From Chiloscyllium plagiosum (taxonomy: Eukaryota), in contig NC_057719.1 of NCBI RefSeq assembly GCF_004010195.1, forward strand, positions 27,649,458 through 27,713,457: a stretch of DNA of 64,000 nt. The letters run 5' to 3'. Under the pieces are notes generated by a model. It searched no databases. It saw only the letters and a program-made list of their open reading frames with translations, and was not told where the DNA came from. Below are positions 50,730-62,637 of this stretch, in pieces; within the stretch, counting starts at the first letter, position 1; each line of letters starts with the position of its first letter. Made by a program: the position numbers and the translations under genes.

Positions 50730-52610
50730 TAATGTGCACAGAGATGCACAAATCCTCAGTCCCTGATGAGTTGTATCCCAGACTGCTCTGGGAAGTAGGG
50801 GAGGAGATTGCTGGGACCCTGGTGGACATATTTAAGACCTTGCTGGCCACAGGTGAAATGCTAGGTGACTGGAGAATAGCTAGTGTGGTTCCTTTCTTCA
50901 AGAAGGGCAGTTGGGATAGACCACGGCATTACAGGCCAGTGGTAGGGAAATTAGATTAGACTAGATCCCTACAGTGTGGAAACAGGCCCTTCGATCCAAC
51001 AAGTCCACACCGACCCTCTGAAGAGTAATCCACCCAGAAGCCCATTCCCTCTGACTGATGCACCTAACACTATGGACAATTTAGCATGGCCAATTCACCT
51101 GACCTGCACATCTTTGGATTGTGGGAGGAAACTGGAGCACCTGGAGGAAACCCACGCTGACACGGGGAGAATGTGCAAACTCCACACAGACAGTCACCCA
51201 AGGCTGGAATTGAACTGGGGACCCTGGTGCTGTGAGGCAGTAGTGCTAACCACTGAGCCACCATGCCACCCTAATTATTGGAACAAATTCTGATAAAAAG
51301 GATTAATCAATATTTGGAAAGGTTGGGATGGATCAGGGATAGTCAGGATGGATTTGTTAAAGGGAAATACTATCTAACTGACCCTTTTAAAAAGATAACT
51401 AAATATATTGATGAAGGTTGTGCAGTTGATGTGGTTTACATGGACTTCAGTAAGGCCTTTCACAATGTTCCACATGGAGGGCTAGTCCAAAAAGTGAGAA
51501 CCAATGAGATCCAGGGTAGGTTGGCCAGCAAATTGGAGACACAGGGGGGTTGTTTTTGTACTTGGAAGCCTACGACCAGCATTGTACCACAGAGATTGGT
51601 ACTGGGATCCTTAAATGTTTGTTACATACATTAATTCTTGGATGTGAATGGAAAAGGTTCAATTATTAATTTTGCAGTTAAAGAAAATTGGTGTTGATAG
51701 TGAGCAGAATGGTCTTAGGTTACAGTCTGATATTGATCAGCTAGTAAATTGGGCAGGGCAATGGCAGATGGAGTTTAATCCTGATGAGTGTGAGGTGATG
51801 CATTTTGGGAGGTCAAATAGTAGAATACACTCACAAATTAGAATCATAAAATCCTTACAGTGTGGTAGCAGCGTCCATGAATGGTATGTCCCGAGGGAGT
51901 ATTGAGGAACAAAGGAACTTGATGTACAAGTCCATAGGTCCCTGAAGGTGTCAGCACAGGTAGACAGGGTGAAGAAGAAGCTATATGGAACACTTGCCTT
52001 CATTAGCCAGAGCATAGAATATAGGAGCAAGGAAGTCTTGTTACAACTTTATGAGGCATTGATTAGGCCACAGTTAGAACACTGAGTGCAGTTCTGGTCA
52101 CTACATTATCAGAAGAATGTGATTGCACTGGAGTGCCTACAGAGGAGACACACAAGGATGTTGCCTGGGATGAAAAGTCTCCGTTATGAGGGGAGACTGG
52201 ATAGGCTGGGTTTGTTTTCTTTGGAGGAAAGGTGGTTCAGGAGGGTTTTAATTGAGGTATATAAAATGATGAAAGTCATGGACAGTAAATGGTCAGAATT
52301 TCTTCCCCATGGCAGACATGTCTAAGACCAGAGAACTTAGGTTTAGGATGAGGAACAAGTTGTTTAGAGGAGATATGAGAAATAATTGTTTTCACTCAAA
52401 GGGTAGTAGATAAATGGAATGTGCTGCCTAACAGGGTGAAGGAGGTAGTGAACATTTAAGAAGGATCTGGATGAGTACTTAAGATGTCATGGCACAGTCA
52501 GCTATGGACCAAGTGCAGGTAAATGGGATTAACGTAGTTGGTGTTTGTTGGTCAGCATAGATATGGTGGGCTGAAGGGCCTGTTTCTATTATGTATTACT
52601 CAATGACTTT
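50730..52610 (+). mobile_element. CR1 LINE RT to 3' tail
   Basis: YMDFSKAF, WQMEFNP and RMLPG motifs, then the tail. Confidence 0.9.
50951..51271 (-). mobile_element. HE1-type SINE nested in CR1
   Basis: Complete head, core and tail on -. Confidence 0.93.
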
Positions 52611-53869
52611 TACTATTTCAGTTTTTTTTAAATGATCCTTGGAGCTTTTGGGTTTTTTTTTAATGCTTCCTACAGGCTCTGTGTTCTGTTTATTTCATGG
52701 AAAGTTTTTGCTTAAAACTCAACAGACATCTCTGTAGTGTATTAAACAAAATCCCTTAGGCAAGCCTATGGAGTTCTTCAATACAGACTTGTGGAAGAAT
52801 CCACAAACTGTTCTAAAATTCAACACAGTCATAAAATGAGTAATTACAGAAATAAATAACTAAGCAGGGAGCTAGAGCTCCATAATTAGAGGGGTGTTAC
52901 AGCAGTCAATCTATTTGCTGTATTTATAATATAGCCAGCGCTGGCATTTTCACTGTTAAAGCAACTTGCAAGAACTTCACAATTCTCAGTACAATTGCCT
53001 GAGAGAATCTTTGAGTCTTGCAATCAAAAGGAGAAAGAATTGCAGAAAGGTAAGACACACAAACTAATAATAACTCATGGAATTGCCCATGTCTTGGCCA
53101 TCAGTAACACAGTAACAGGCTAGTAATACAAGAACAAAAAACACAGGAACAGAAGTAGAGCATTTCAGCTTGTAAACCCTTCTCTCCCATTACAATGACA
53201 GCTGATCCTGGGCTTCAAATTCACTTTTCAAACCATTCCTCATCCCAAATCTACTTTTCTATTTTGACGACCAAGGTGAATATCTTCACATTCCCCACAT
53301 CATTATGTCATCTGGTTGCCCACTCACTTAACCTATCTACATCTCTTTGTAGCATCAGTACTCCACACCACAATCCATGCTCCACAGAGTTTCCACTGAG
53401 GCTCGTATTATCAGAAAAATCTCTTTATAGAAATGGAGTGTCATGTACAGTGTAAAAACCTGAGCCATCAGCACTGAACAGTGAAGTGTCAAAGCTTATT
53501 GTCTGCCAGCATTCCCAAAGTCATGCCTAACACAATGAGTGGAACCATGGGAAAACTAAACACACTGCAGTCAAAGTCATAGAAAATATCAAGGGAAACT
53601 TTGACTAAACGAATTTCAGCAAATGTGAACAAGATTTTAAAAAGTCTGAATGAATCCAAGGAGCAAGATGTGGCATGACAAGCATGGAGCTGGGAGGGAA
53701 TTGTAGTATCAGAGACAGAATAAGCAGCTCGAGCAATAAGACAGATAGTAACAGGGCACAATGACATCCTCAAACAAAGCGAGTCATCATGCTCCTAGAT
53801 TGCAACCTAACCTCTTCATCCTGTCATGCACAGGGTCTTGAGTTTTAACAGGGATTTGCAATGGATTAA

Positions 53870-54860
53870 CCCACAGATCAGAGAAACCTCAAAAATATTC
53901 CTGGCCAATCTGAGATCCAATTATAACTAACTTTATTGCCTTTGGATTCCTTGGGCAGTGTTTGGAGAAATACAAGACCTTGGTCCATTCCACTGTCACT
54001 CCTAACACTAACTCATTTCACCATGGCACCTTCTAGTCCCTTTACAGATCTAAAACTCATCCAATCGTCTCCTCCATCCTCACTGTCCAAAGCCTCAAAA
54101 ACGTCCAGGTGAAGCAGCAGTTTACTTGTATTTCTTTCATTCCAGTTTACTGTATTTGCTGTCTCACAATGTGGTCTTCTTTACATTAGGGAGACCAAAA
54201 GTAGACTGGGTGAGTATTTTGTGGAACACTTCCACTCTGTCTCTAGGAACGTCTGTAACCTTCCATATGTTTCACCTTGCGCTAGTGCTAACAATATTGT
54301 CCTGGGTCTGCTGCAATGTTCCACTGAAGCACAATGCAAGCTCAAGGAACAATAACTCATTTTCTGCTTAGACACTCTGCAGTCTTGAGGACGTAATACT
54401 GGGTTCCATAACTTCAAAAACTGATCACATTATAACTGTTCTCCATTTCTCTTGTATTCATCCACCTCCCCCTACAACCCCTCTAGCCCTTTGACTTTTG
54501 CACTGGGCCTCTCTACCACCTTCGGTAAAAACAATGACTGTAGATGTTGGAAACCAGATTCTGGATTAGTGGTGCTGGAAAAGCACAGCAGTTTAGGCAG
54601 CATCTGAAAAGCAGTAAAATTGATGTTTCAGGCAAAAGCCCTTCATCAGGAATATAGCATACAGCTCTCTACCACCTTGCTCTCCTTCACCTGTCAAAAA
54701 TATTTCATAAAGTTATCTTTAGTCTTTTTCAGTTCTGAAGAGTCGTTGTGCACTGAAAACGCTGACTCTGTTTCTCTCTTAATGGATGCTGACAGACACG
54801 TCGTGTTTCTTCAGCTTTCCATGTGTTTCTCACACTATTTATAGTCACAGCACCTCTGCA
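53870..54860 (+). mobile_element. Old Penelope-like 3' region (GIY-YIG) with a nested family-A arm at 54523-54664
   Basis: LYLLSQCGLLYIRETK-like GIY-YIG motif across frameshifts; the nested arm is flanked by ctctctaccacctt at 54509-54522 and 54665-54678. Confidence 0.78.
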
Positions 54861-55507
54861 GGTTGTTTTCATTTTTAAAATGAGATGCCATATAACACAC
54901 AACACTAAACATAGTATCAGAAATGTCCAACAGAAATGATGTGGATTTTCAGAGCTGTATGAAAGCCAGCTACCGCAAGATTTGAAAAGAAAAAATTCAG
55001 CAGAAGAATTTCAACTGGGCTGAGTCAGGATGGCTGTTAATTTTCCAGTCCCTGAGCTGTGGAAATTAAAGGTAGTATGAGGTAGACCTGGAATATCTTG
55101 AAGTCTCAGTAGCAAAATTCTGAAGTTGCTCAAACATTAATCATGTAATGTGAACAATTAACAGTAGCAATTCTTGTCAATGCCGGGGGGGGGGGGGGGT
55201 GGAAATGGAGCTGTATTGCCCCCAGGACCAAAATGAGGTGCTGAAAAGCCAGGCTGCAGACATTTTGAAAGTTTCAAGACACATTTTGCAACTTCTAATA
55301 AATATCTGGAGAGAAGGCCAAAAGAAAGGTGGTGAAGGTCAGGGTAAAGGATATAGAATATTGCAGAAGACACCACGTGAAACAAAAGGAAGTATGTTCC
55401 AACATGGGCTTTGCAATGTTTTAGTTGTACAAAATGCAGTTTTGTTGCAAGTGTTTAGCTAGGGAGAAGCAAAGCAAGCTTATAAAAGTAAGCAGTGTAA
55501 ATGTAGG

Positions 55508-55835
55508 AGGCACGGTGGCACAGTGGTTAGCACTGCTGCCTCACAGCGCCTGAGACCCGGGTTCAATTCCCGACTCAGGCGACTGACTGTGTGGAGTTTG
55601 CATGTTCTCCCCGTGTCTGCGTGGGTTTCCTCCGGGTGCTCCGGTTTCCTCCCACAGTCCAAAGATGTGCAGGTCAGGTGAATTGGCCATGTTAAATTGC
55701 CCGTAGTGTTAGGTAAGGGGTAAATGTTGGGGTATGGGTGGGTTGCGCTTCGGCGGGGCGGTGTGGACTTGTTGGGCCGAAGGGCCTGTTTCCACGCTGT
55801 AATGTAATCTAAAAATCTAATCTAAATCTAATCTA
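55508..55835 (+). mobile_element. Young-looking HE1-type SINE
   Basis: CpG-rich; A-box tggcacagtgg, B-box ggttcaattcc, (ATCTA)n tail. Confidence 0.95.
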
Positions 55836-56184
55836 GGAGAAAGTGAGGACTGGATGCTGGAGAGTCAGAGTCACAAAGTGTGGTGCTAGAAGGGCACAGC
55901 AGGTAAAGAAGCATCCGAGAAGCAGGAAATGTTAGAAGATAGTTCTGATGAATCACCCTCCATCCAACAACAGGCTAGCATCATCAGGTCTGAAAGGTGA
56001 TAAAAGATTTCCGGCTGTTAGAATGACAACTGCAATTGGACAGCATCAAGTGGATGTAAAACGTGTCGGACAAATACTGGTACTCAATGCAAGATTGTGA
56101 GCTTTGTAGACCAGTGCAAAAAGTGTCTTAAGAATATGATCCAAAAATGAACACTTCCAAAAATAAAGTTGAGCCTACATAATA

Positions 56185-56745
56185 CATAGAAACACAGAAT
56201 ATCAGAGCAGGAGTTGACCATTCAGCCCTTCAAGCCTGTTCCACCATTCAGTATATCATGGATGACCATCCAACTCAGTACCCTGCTCCTGCTTTCTCCC
56301 CATATTCTTTGATTCCTTTATTCTGAAGAACTACATCCAGATATTTCTTGAAACTCTTCAATACTTTGCCCTCTACAGTTTCCTGGGGCAAAGAATTCCA
56401 CAAGCTCACACCTCTCTGGGTGAGGACATTCCTTCTCATCTCAGACCTAAAAGGCCTAGCCCTTCTCCTGAGCTCTGGTTCTCAAACTCTCCAGTCATCC
56501 AGAGCATCCTCCCTGCATCTACCCTTTCCAATCCTGTTTGAATTTTATAGGTTTCTATGAGACCCTGCTTCATTCTTCCTAACTCCAGTGAATAAAGTCT
56601 TAACTGATCCAGTCTCTCCCTGTTCATCCCAGAAATCATTCTGATAAACTCTTTGCACTCCCTCAATAGCCAGATAAGGAGACCAAAACTACACAAAATA
56701 CTCCAGGCATGGTGTTACTCTGTACAGTTGCAGCAAGACATCAGC
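56185..56745 (-). mobile_element. CR1 3' end
   Basis: GLIETYKIQTGLERVDAG motif and tail. Confidence 0.82.
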
Positions 56746-57385
56746 ATTCTCTTAAGATGTAAATGCAGGTTTAGTTAGCAGTTAGGAAGGTAAATGCAAT
56801 GTTAGACTTCATTTCGAGACCTAGAATACAAAAGCAGAGGTGTACTACTGAGGTTCTGGTCAAACTGCATTTGGAATACTGTAAGCAGTTTTACACCCCA
56901 AATCTAAGGAAGGATGTGCTGGCAATGGAGGGGGTCCAGAGAAAGTTTACAAGAATGGTCCTGGAAATGAAAGGCTTGTCATACAATGAGTGGTTAAAGT
57001 CTCTGGGTCTGTACTCGATGGAGTTTAGAAGGCTGAGGGGGAATCTCATTGAAACCTACAGGATACTGAGAGGCTTGAATAGAGTGGATGTGGAGATGTT
57101 TCCATGAGTGAGGATCCAAGGGCACAGCCTCAATGAAGGGACAGTCCTTTAGAACAGAGATTAGGAGGAATTTCTTCAGCCAGAGGGTGGTGACTATGTG
57201 GACTTCATTGCCACAGTGGGCTGCAAAGGCAAGTCATTGAAAGTATTTAAGACAGAAATAGTAAGGGTTGATTGGTAATGAGATCAAGGTTTTATGGGAG
57301 AAGACAGGAGAAACATATCAGCCATGATTGAACGGAAGAGCAGACTCAGTGGGCTGAATGGCCTGATTCTGCTCCTATATCTTCT
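56746..57385 (+). mobile_element. CR1 3' end
   Basis: EGVQRKFTRM and RGNLIETYRIL motifs and tail. Confidence 0.85.
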
Positions 57386-57429
57386 GGGTACAAGTGAAGC
57401 ACAGAGCCCAATGAAATGGGAAGAACCGA

Positions 57430-60400
57430 GATAGAGTCATAGAGATGTACAGCATGAAAACAGACCCTTCGGTCCAACATGTCCATGAAGACCAGATATC
57501 CCAACCCAATCTGGTCCCACCTGCCAGCACCGGCCCATATCCCTAAAACCTTTCCTATTCACACACCCATCCAAATGCCTCTTAAATGTTGCAATTGCAC
57601 TAGCCTCCACCACATCCTCTGGCAGCTCATTCCATACACGTACCACTCTGAAACAATTGCCCCTTAGGTCTCCTTTATATCTTTCCCCTCTCACCCTAAA
57701 CATATGCCCTCTAGTTCTGGACTCCCCGATCCCAGGGAAAAGACTTTGTCTATTTATCCTATCCATGCTCCTCATGATTTTGTAAACCTCTATAAGGTCA
57801 CCCCTCAGCCTCCGACACTCCAGGGAAAACAGCCCCAGCCTGTTCAGTCTCTCCCTATAGCTCAAATATTCCAACCCTGGCAACATTCTTGTAAATTTTT
57901 TCTGAACCCTTTCAAGTTTCACAACATCTTTCCGATAGGACGGAGACTAGAAATGCAGGCAATATTCCAACAGTGGCCTAACCAATGTCCTGTACAGCCA
58001 CAACATGACCTCCCAACTCCTGTAGTCAATACTCCGAACAATAAAAAAAAGCATACCAAATGCCTTCTTCACTATCCTATCTACCTGCGACTCCACTTTC
58101 AAGGAGCTGTGAACCTGCACTCCAAGTTCTCTTTGTTCAGCAACACTCTCTCGGACCTGACCATTAAGTGTATAAGTCCTGCTAAGATTTGCTTTCCCAA
58201 AATACAGCACCTCGCATTTATTTGAATTAAACTCCATCTGCCACTTCTCAGCCCATTGGCTCATCTTGTCAAGATCCTGTTGTAATCTGAGGTAACCCTC
58301 TTTGCTGTCCACTACACCTCCAATTTTGGTGTCATCTGCAAACTTACTAACTGTACACCTTATGCTCACATCCAAATCATTTATGTAAATGACAAAAAGT
58401 AGAGGACCCAGCACCGATCCTTGTGGCACTCCACTGGTCACACGCCTCCAGTCTGAAAAACAACCTCCCACCACCACCCTCTGTCTTCTAACTTTGAACT
58501 AGTTCTATATCCAAATGTCTAGTTCTCCCTGTATCCTGTGAGATCTAACCTTGCTAAGCGGTCTCCCATGGGGAACCTTGTCGAACGCCTTACTGAAGTC
58601 CATATAGATCAAATCTACTCCTCTGCCCTCATCAAACCTCTTTGTTACATCTTCAAAAAAACTCAATCAAGTTTGTGAGACATTATTTCCCACACACAAA
58701 GTCATTTTGACTACCCCTAATCGGTCCTTGCCTTTCCAAATACATGAACATCCTGTCCCTCAGGACTCCCTCCAAAAACTTGGCCACCACTGACATCAGG
58801 CTCACTGGTCTATAGTTCCCTGGCCTGTCCTTACCATCCTTCTTAAACAGTGGCACCACGTTAGCCAACCTCCAGTCTTCCGGCACCTCACCTGTGATTA
58901 TCGATGATACAAATATCTCAGCAAGAGACCCAGCAATCACTTCTCTAGCTTCCCACAGAGTTCTAGGGTACACCTGATCAGTTCCTGGGGTTTTATCCAC
59001 TTTTATCCGTTTCAAGATATCCAGCACTTCCTTCTCTGCAATATGGGCATTTTGCAAGGTGTCACCATCTATTTCCCTACATTCTATACCCTCCATACCA
59101 TTTTCCACAGTAAATACTGATGCAAAATACTCATTTAGTATTTCCCCCATTTTCTGCAGCTCCACACAAAGGCTGCCTTGCTGACCTTTGAGGGGCCCTA
59201 TTCTCTCCCTGGTTACCCTTTTGTCCTTAATATATTTTCCTTAATTCTATTTGCCAAAGCTTTCTCACATCCCCTTTTTGCCCTCCTGGTTTCCCTCTTA
59301 AGTATACTCCTACTGCCTTTATATCTAAGGAGTCATGCGATCTCTCCTGTTTGTACCTTACATATGCTTCCTTCTTTTTCTTAACCAAACCCTCAATTTC
59401 TTTAGTCATCCAGCATTCCCTATAGTTACCAGCTTTCCCTTTCACCCTGACAGGAATATACTTTCTCTGGATTCTCGTTATCTCATTTCTGAAGGCTTNN
59501 NNNNNNNNNNNNNNNNNNNNNNNNNNNNNNNNNNNNNNNNNNNNNNNNNNNNNNNNNNNNNNNNNNNNNNNNNNNNNNNNNNNNNNNNNNNNNNNNNNNN
59601 NNNNNNNNNNNNNNNNNNNNNNNNNNNNNNNNNNNNNNNNNNNNNNNNNNNNNNNNNNNNNNNNNNNNNNNNNNNNNNNNNNNNNNNNNNNNNNNNNNNN
59701 NNNNNNNNNNNNNNNNNNNNNNNNNNNNNNNNNNNNNNNNNNNNNNNNNNNNNNNNNNNNNNNNNNNNNNNNNNNNNNNNNNNNNNNNNNNNNNNNNNNN
59801 NNNNNNNNNNNNNNNNNNNNNNNNNNNNNNNNNNNNNNNNNNNNNNNNNNNNNNNNNNNNNNNNNNNNACCTACCAGCCTTTCCTTTCACCCTGACAGGA
59901 ATATACTTTCTCTGGATGCTTCTTATCTCATTTCTGAAGTCTTCCCATTTTCCAGCTGTCCCTTTACCTGCGAACATCTGCCTCCAATCAGCTTTTGAGA
60001 GTTCTTGCCTAATACCGTCAAAATTGGCCTTTCTCCAATTTAGAACTTCAACTTTTAGATCTGGTCTATCCTTTTCCATCACTATTTTAAAACGAATAGA
60101 ATTATGGTCGCTGGTCCCAAAGTGCTCCCCCATTGACACCTCAGTCACCTGCCCTGCATTGTTTCCCAAGAGTTTAGCACCTTCTCTAGTAGATACATCC
60201 ACAAACTGAATCAGAAAATTGTCTTGTACAAACTTAACAAATTCCTCTCCATCTAAATCCTTAACACTCTGGCAGTACCAGTCTATGTTTGGAAAGTTAA
60301 ATCCTCTACCATAATCACCCTATGATTCTTACAGATAGCTGAGATCTCCTTACAAGTTTGTTTCTTAATTTCCCTGACTATTAGGGGGTATAATATAATC

Positions 60401-60945
60401 CTAATAAGGTGATCATCCCTTTCTTATTTCTCAGTTCCACCCAAATAATTTCCCTGGATGTACTTCCAGGAATATCCTCCCCAAGTACAGCTGTAATGCT
60501 ATCCCTTATCAAAAATGCCACACACCCTCCTCTCTTGCCTCCCTTTCTATCCTTCCTGTAGCATTTGTAACCTGGAACATTAAGTTGCCAGTCCTGCCCA
60601 TCCCTGAGCCATGTTTCTGTAATTGCTATGATATCCAGTCCCATATTCCTAACCATGCCCAGAGTTTATCTGCTTTCCCTGTTCAGCCCCTTGCATTGAA
60701 ATAAATGCAGTTTAATTTATTAGTCCTACCTCGTCCCTGCCTGTTTGACTTGCTTCTGTTCTCAACTGTACCAGTCTCAGATTGATCTCTTTCCTCAGTA
60801 TTTCCCTGGGTCCCACCCCACCAGCTTACTAGTTTAAATCCTCCCAAGCTGCTCTAGCAAATCTCCCTGCCAGTGTATTAGTCCCCTTCCAATTTAGGTG
60901 CAATCAGTCCTTCTTGTACAGGTCACTTCTACCCCAAAAGAGATC
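57430..60945 (-). mobile_element. Long CR1 LINE: nearly complete decayed ORF2 (APE plus RT) with upstream sequence; gap 59499-59868
   Basis: [38 protein letters not shown] and WNELP motifs, then the tail. Confidence 0.95.
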
Positions 60946-61922
60946 TGCAGTTTCAGATTCCTCATCAAAATCCACACAACTGAAGTAAATCTAAAACCTG
61001 AGTGAGTAAAGCTCAACATGCCAGAAGAGATCTACAGCATTTTGCAGGTTATTAAGCATTGACAACAGATCTTAATTGATTGCAAAGACTTGGTGGAGAA
61101 ACTGAGAATCCAACTAATGCAGAAGGTCCTGAAAAATGGAATGAAAGGCAATCAAGAAATTATTCTTGGAGGAGCTGGCAACTCAAAACAAGTGAAAGTA
61201 GAAGAGATAGTCATCAGAACAGCAGAGAAAGATTGTAAAAAGGATAAAAGAATGGAACAAGAAAATAATAGGATTTGAAGATGGCTGAAGTCGAAGACAC
61301 ATGCTCACAATCAAAGTATCATAATGGTCACAATATAATACCTAATATAGGCAGAAATACACAGTCTTTCACACAAAAGACTGACACACTAAAGCTCTTA
61401 AATCAAATGAATTGTTTTATAATGCACAATGCAGACTTACATCAACAGTGCCTACAATTTAGTGAAGTATTTCATTGGCTCCTTAGGGCAGCTTTGCAGT
61501 TCTGAAAGATGCTGTGGAGCAGCATTTCTTTTGAGTCCTAGCTATCTTTTACGAGGTTAAAATCTACGTGCTATTTCTAACAACACAAGGTATAAAGCTC
61601 AACCTATTTTGAAATCATACTGATGAAAATTGCACACCTCGCTGATACTTTTAGAACAGCACTTTTCCCAATGTCAATATAAACAGAGCAGACGAAACGG
61701 TATCTCTCTGGAGAGAAACAATGTTAACCTTTTACAGTTGCAAACCACTTATCAGACATAACTCCATCAGTTCTGAACAAAGGCTACAGACTGAAAACTC
61801 TGTTTACCTTCTCCACACAAAACGCTGCTTCAAATGGAGCTTTGTTTTACTATCTGAAATCAAGTAACAGAGGTCAGTGTACTGACAGTGAGAGGACTTG
61901 GCCTGGATCCTGAAAGATACCG

Positions 61923-62004
61923 GAAGAAGGGCTTATGCCCGAAACGTCGATTCTCCTTGGATGCTGCCTGATCTGCTGCACTTTTCCAGCAACACATTTT
62001 TCAG
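61923..62004 (+). mobile_element. Single-arm Penelope terminus (family A)
   Basis: gaaga-agggc-ttat-gccc-GAAA-cgtc; 15-bp direct repeat tcctgaaagataccg at 61908-61922 and 62005-62019. Confidence 0.82.
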
Positions 62005-62094
62005 TCCTGAAAGATACCGACAGGTATGAAACCAGTGCAACAAGAATTGCCTAAAGAAGTTCTTGCCTAATTTGTCAGCATGTAAACATGTACA

Positions 62095-62305
62095 TAGAAC
62101 TTAGAACAGTACAGCACAGAACAGGCCCTTCAGCCCACGATGTTGTGCCGACCATTGATCCTCATGTAAGGTAAACCTAATATACGAACCCTCAAATTTC
62201 TGTGACCATATGCATGTCCAGCAGTCTCTTAAATATCCCCAATGACCTCGCTTCCACAACTGCTGCTGGCAACGCATTTCATGCTCTCACAACTCTCTGT
62301 GTAAA
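62095..62305 (-). mobile_element. CR1 3' tail
   Basis: tagaacagtacagcacagaacaggcccttcagccc. Confidence 0.8.
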
Positions 62306-62512
62306 GCTCATGGCCAATGGTGTGTAAGGGCAAAGAACAAGCAGCAGTTTTCACTTGAATCAAATGCCAGGAACCCGGCAGGGTTAGCCACTCTGCACCT
62401 TGAAAGTCGGCGGTGAAAGCTGATATTGCCCGCCATAGCTATGGAATACTCCATGGTATCTCAAGCTGGCTGGCGAACAGGACTTCGACACCCTCCTGCC
62501 TTACAAAGCAAT

Positions 62513-62637
62513 AAAAACAAGGACTGCAGATGGCTGGAAACCAGAGTCTAGATTAGAGTGGTGCTGGAAAAGCACAGCAGGTCAGGCAGCATCCGAGGAG
62601 CAGGAAAAAAAAACATCGACATTTCGGGCAAAAGCCC
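62513..62637 (-). mobile_element. Single-arm Penelope terminus (family A)
   Basis: Direct repeat tacaaagcaat at 62502-62512 and 62638-62648. Confidence 0.82.

Noticed and set aside
56185..57385. Back-to-back CR1 ends as a single twin-primed insertion
   Set aside because: Both have their own 3' tails and differ in sequence, so two insertions are simpler
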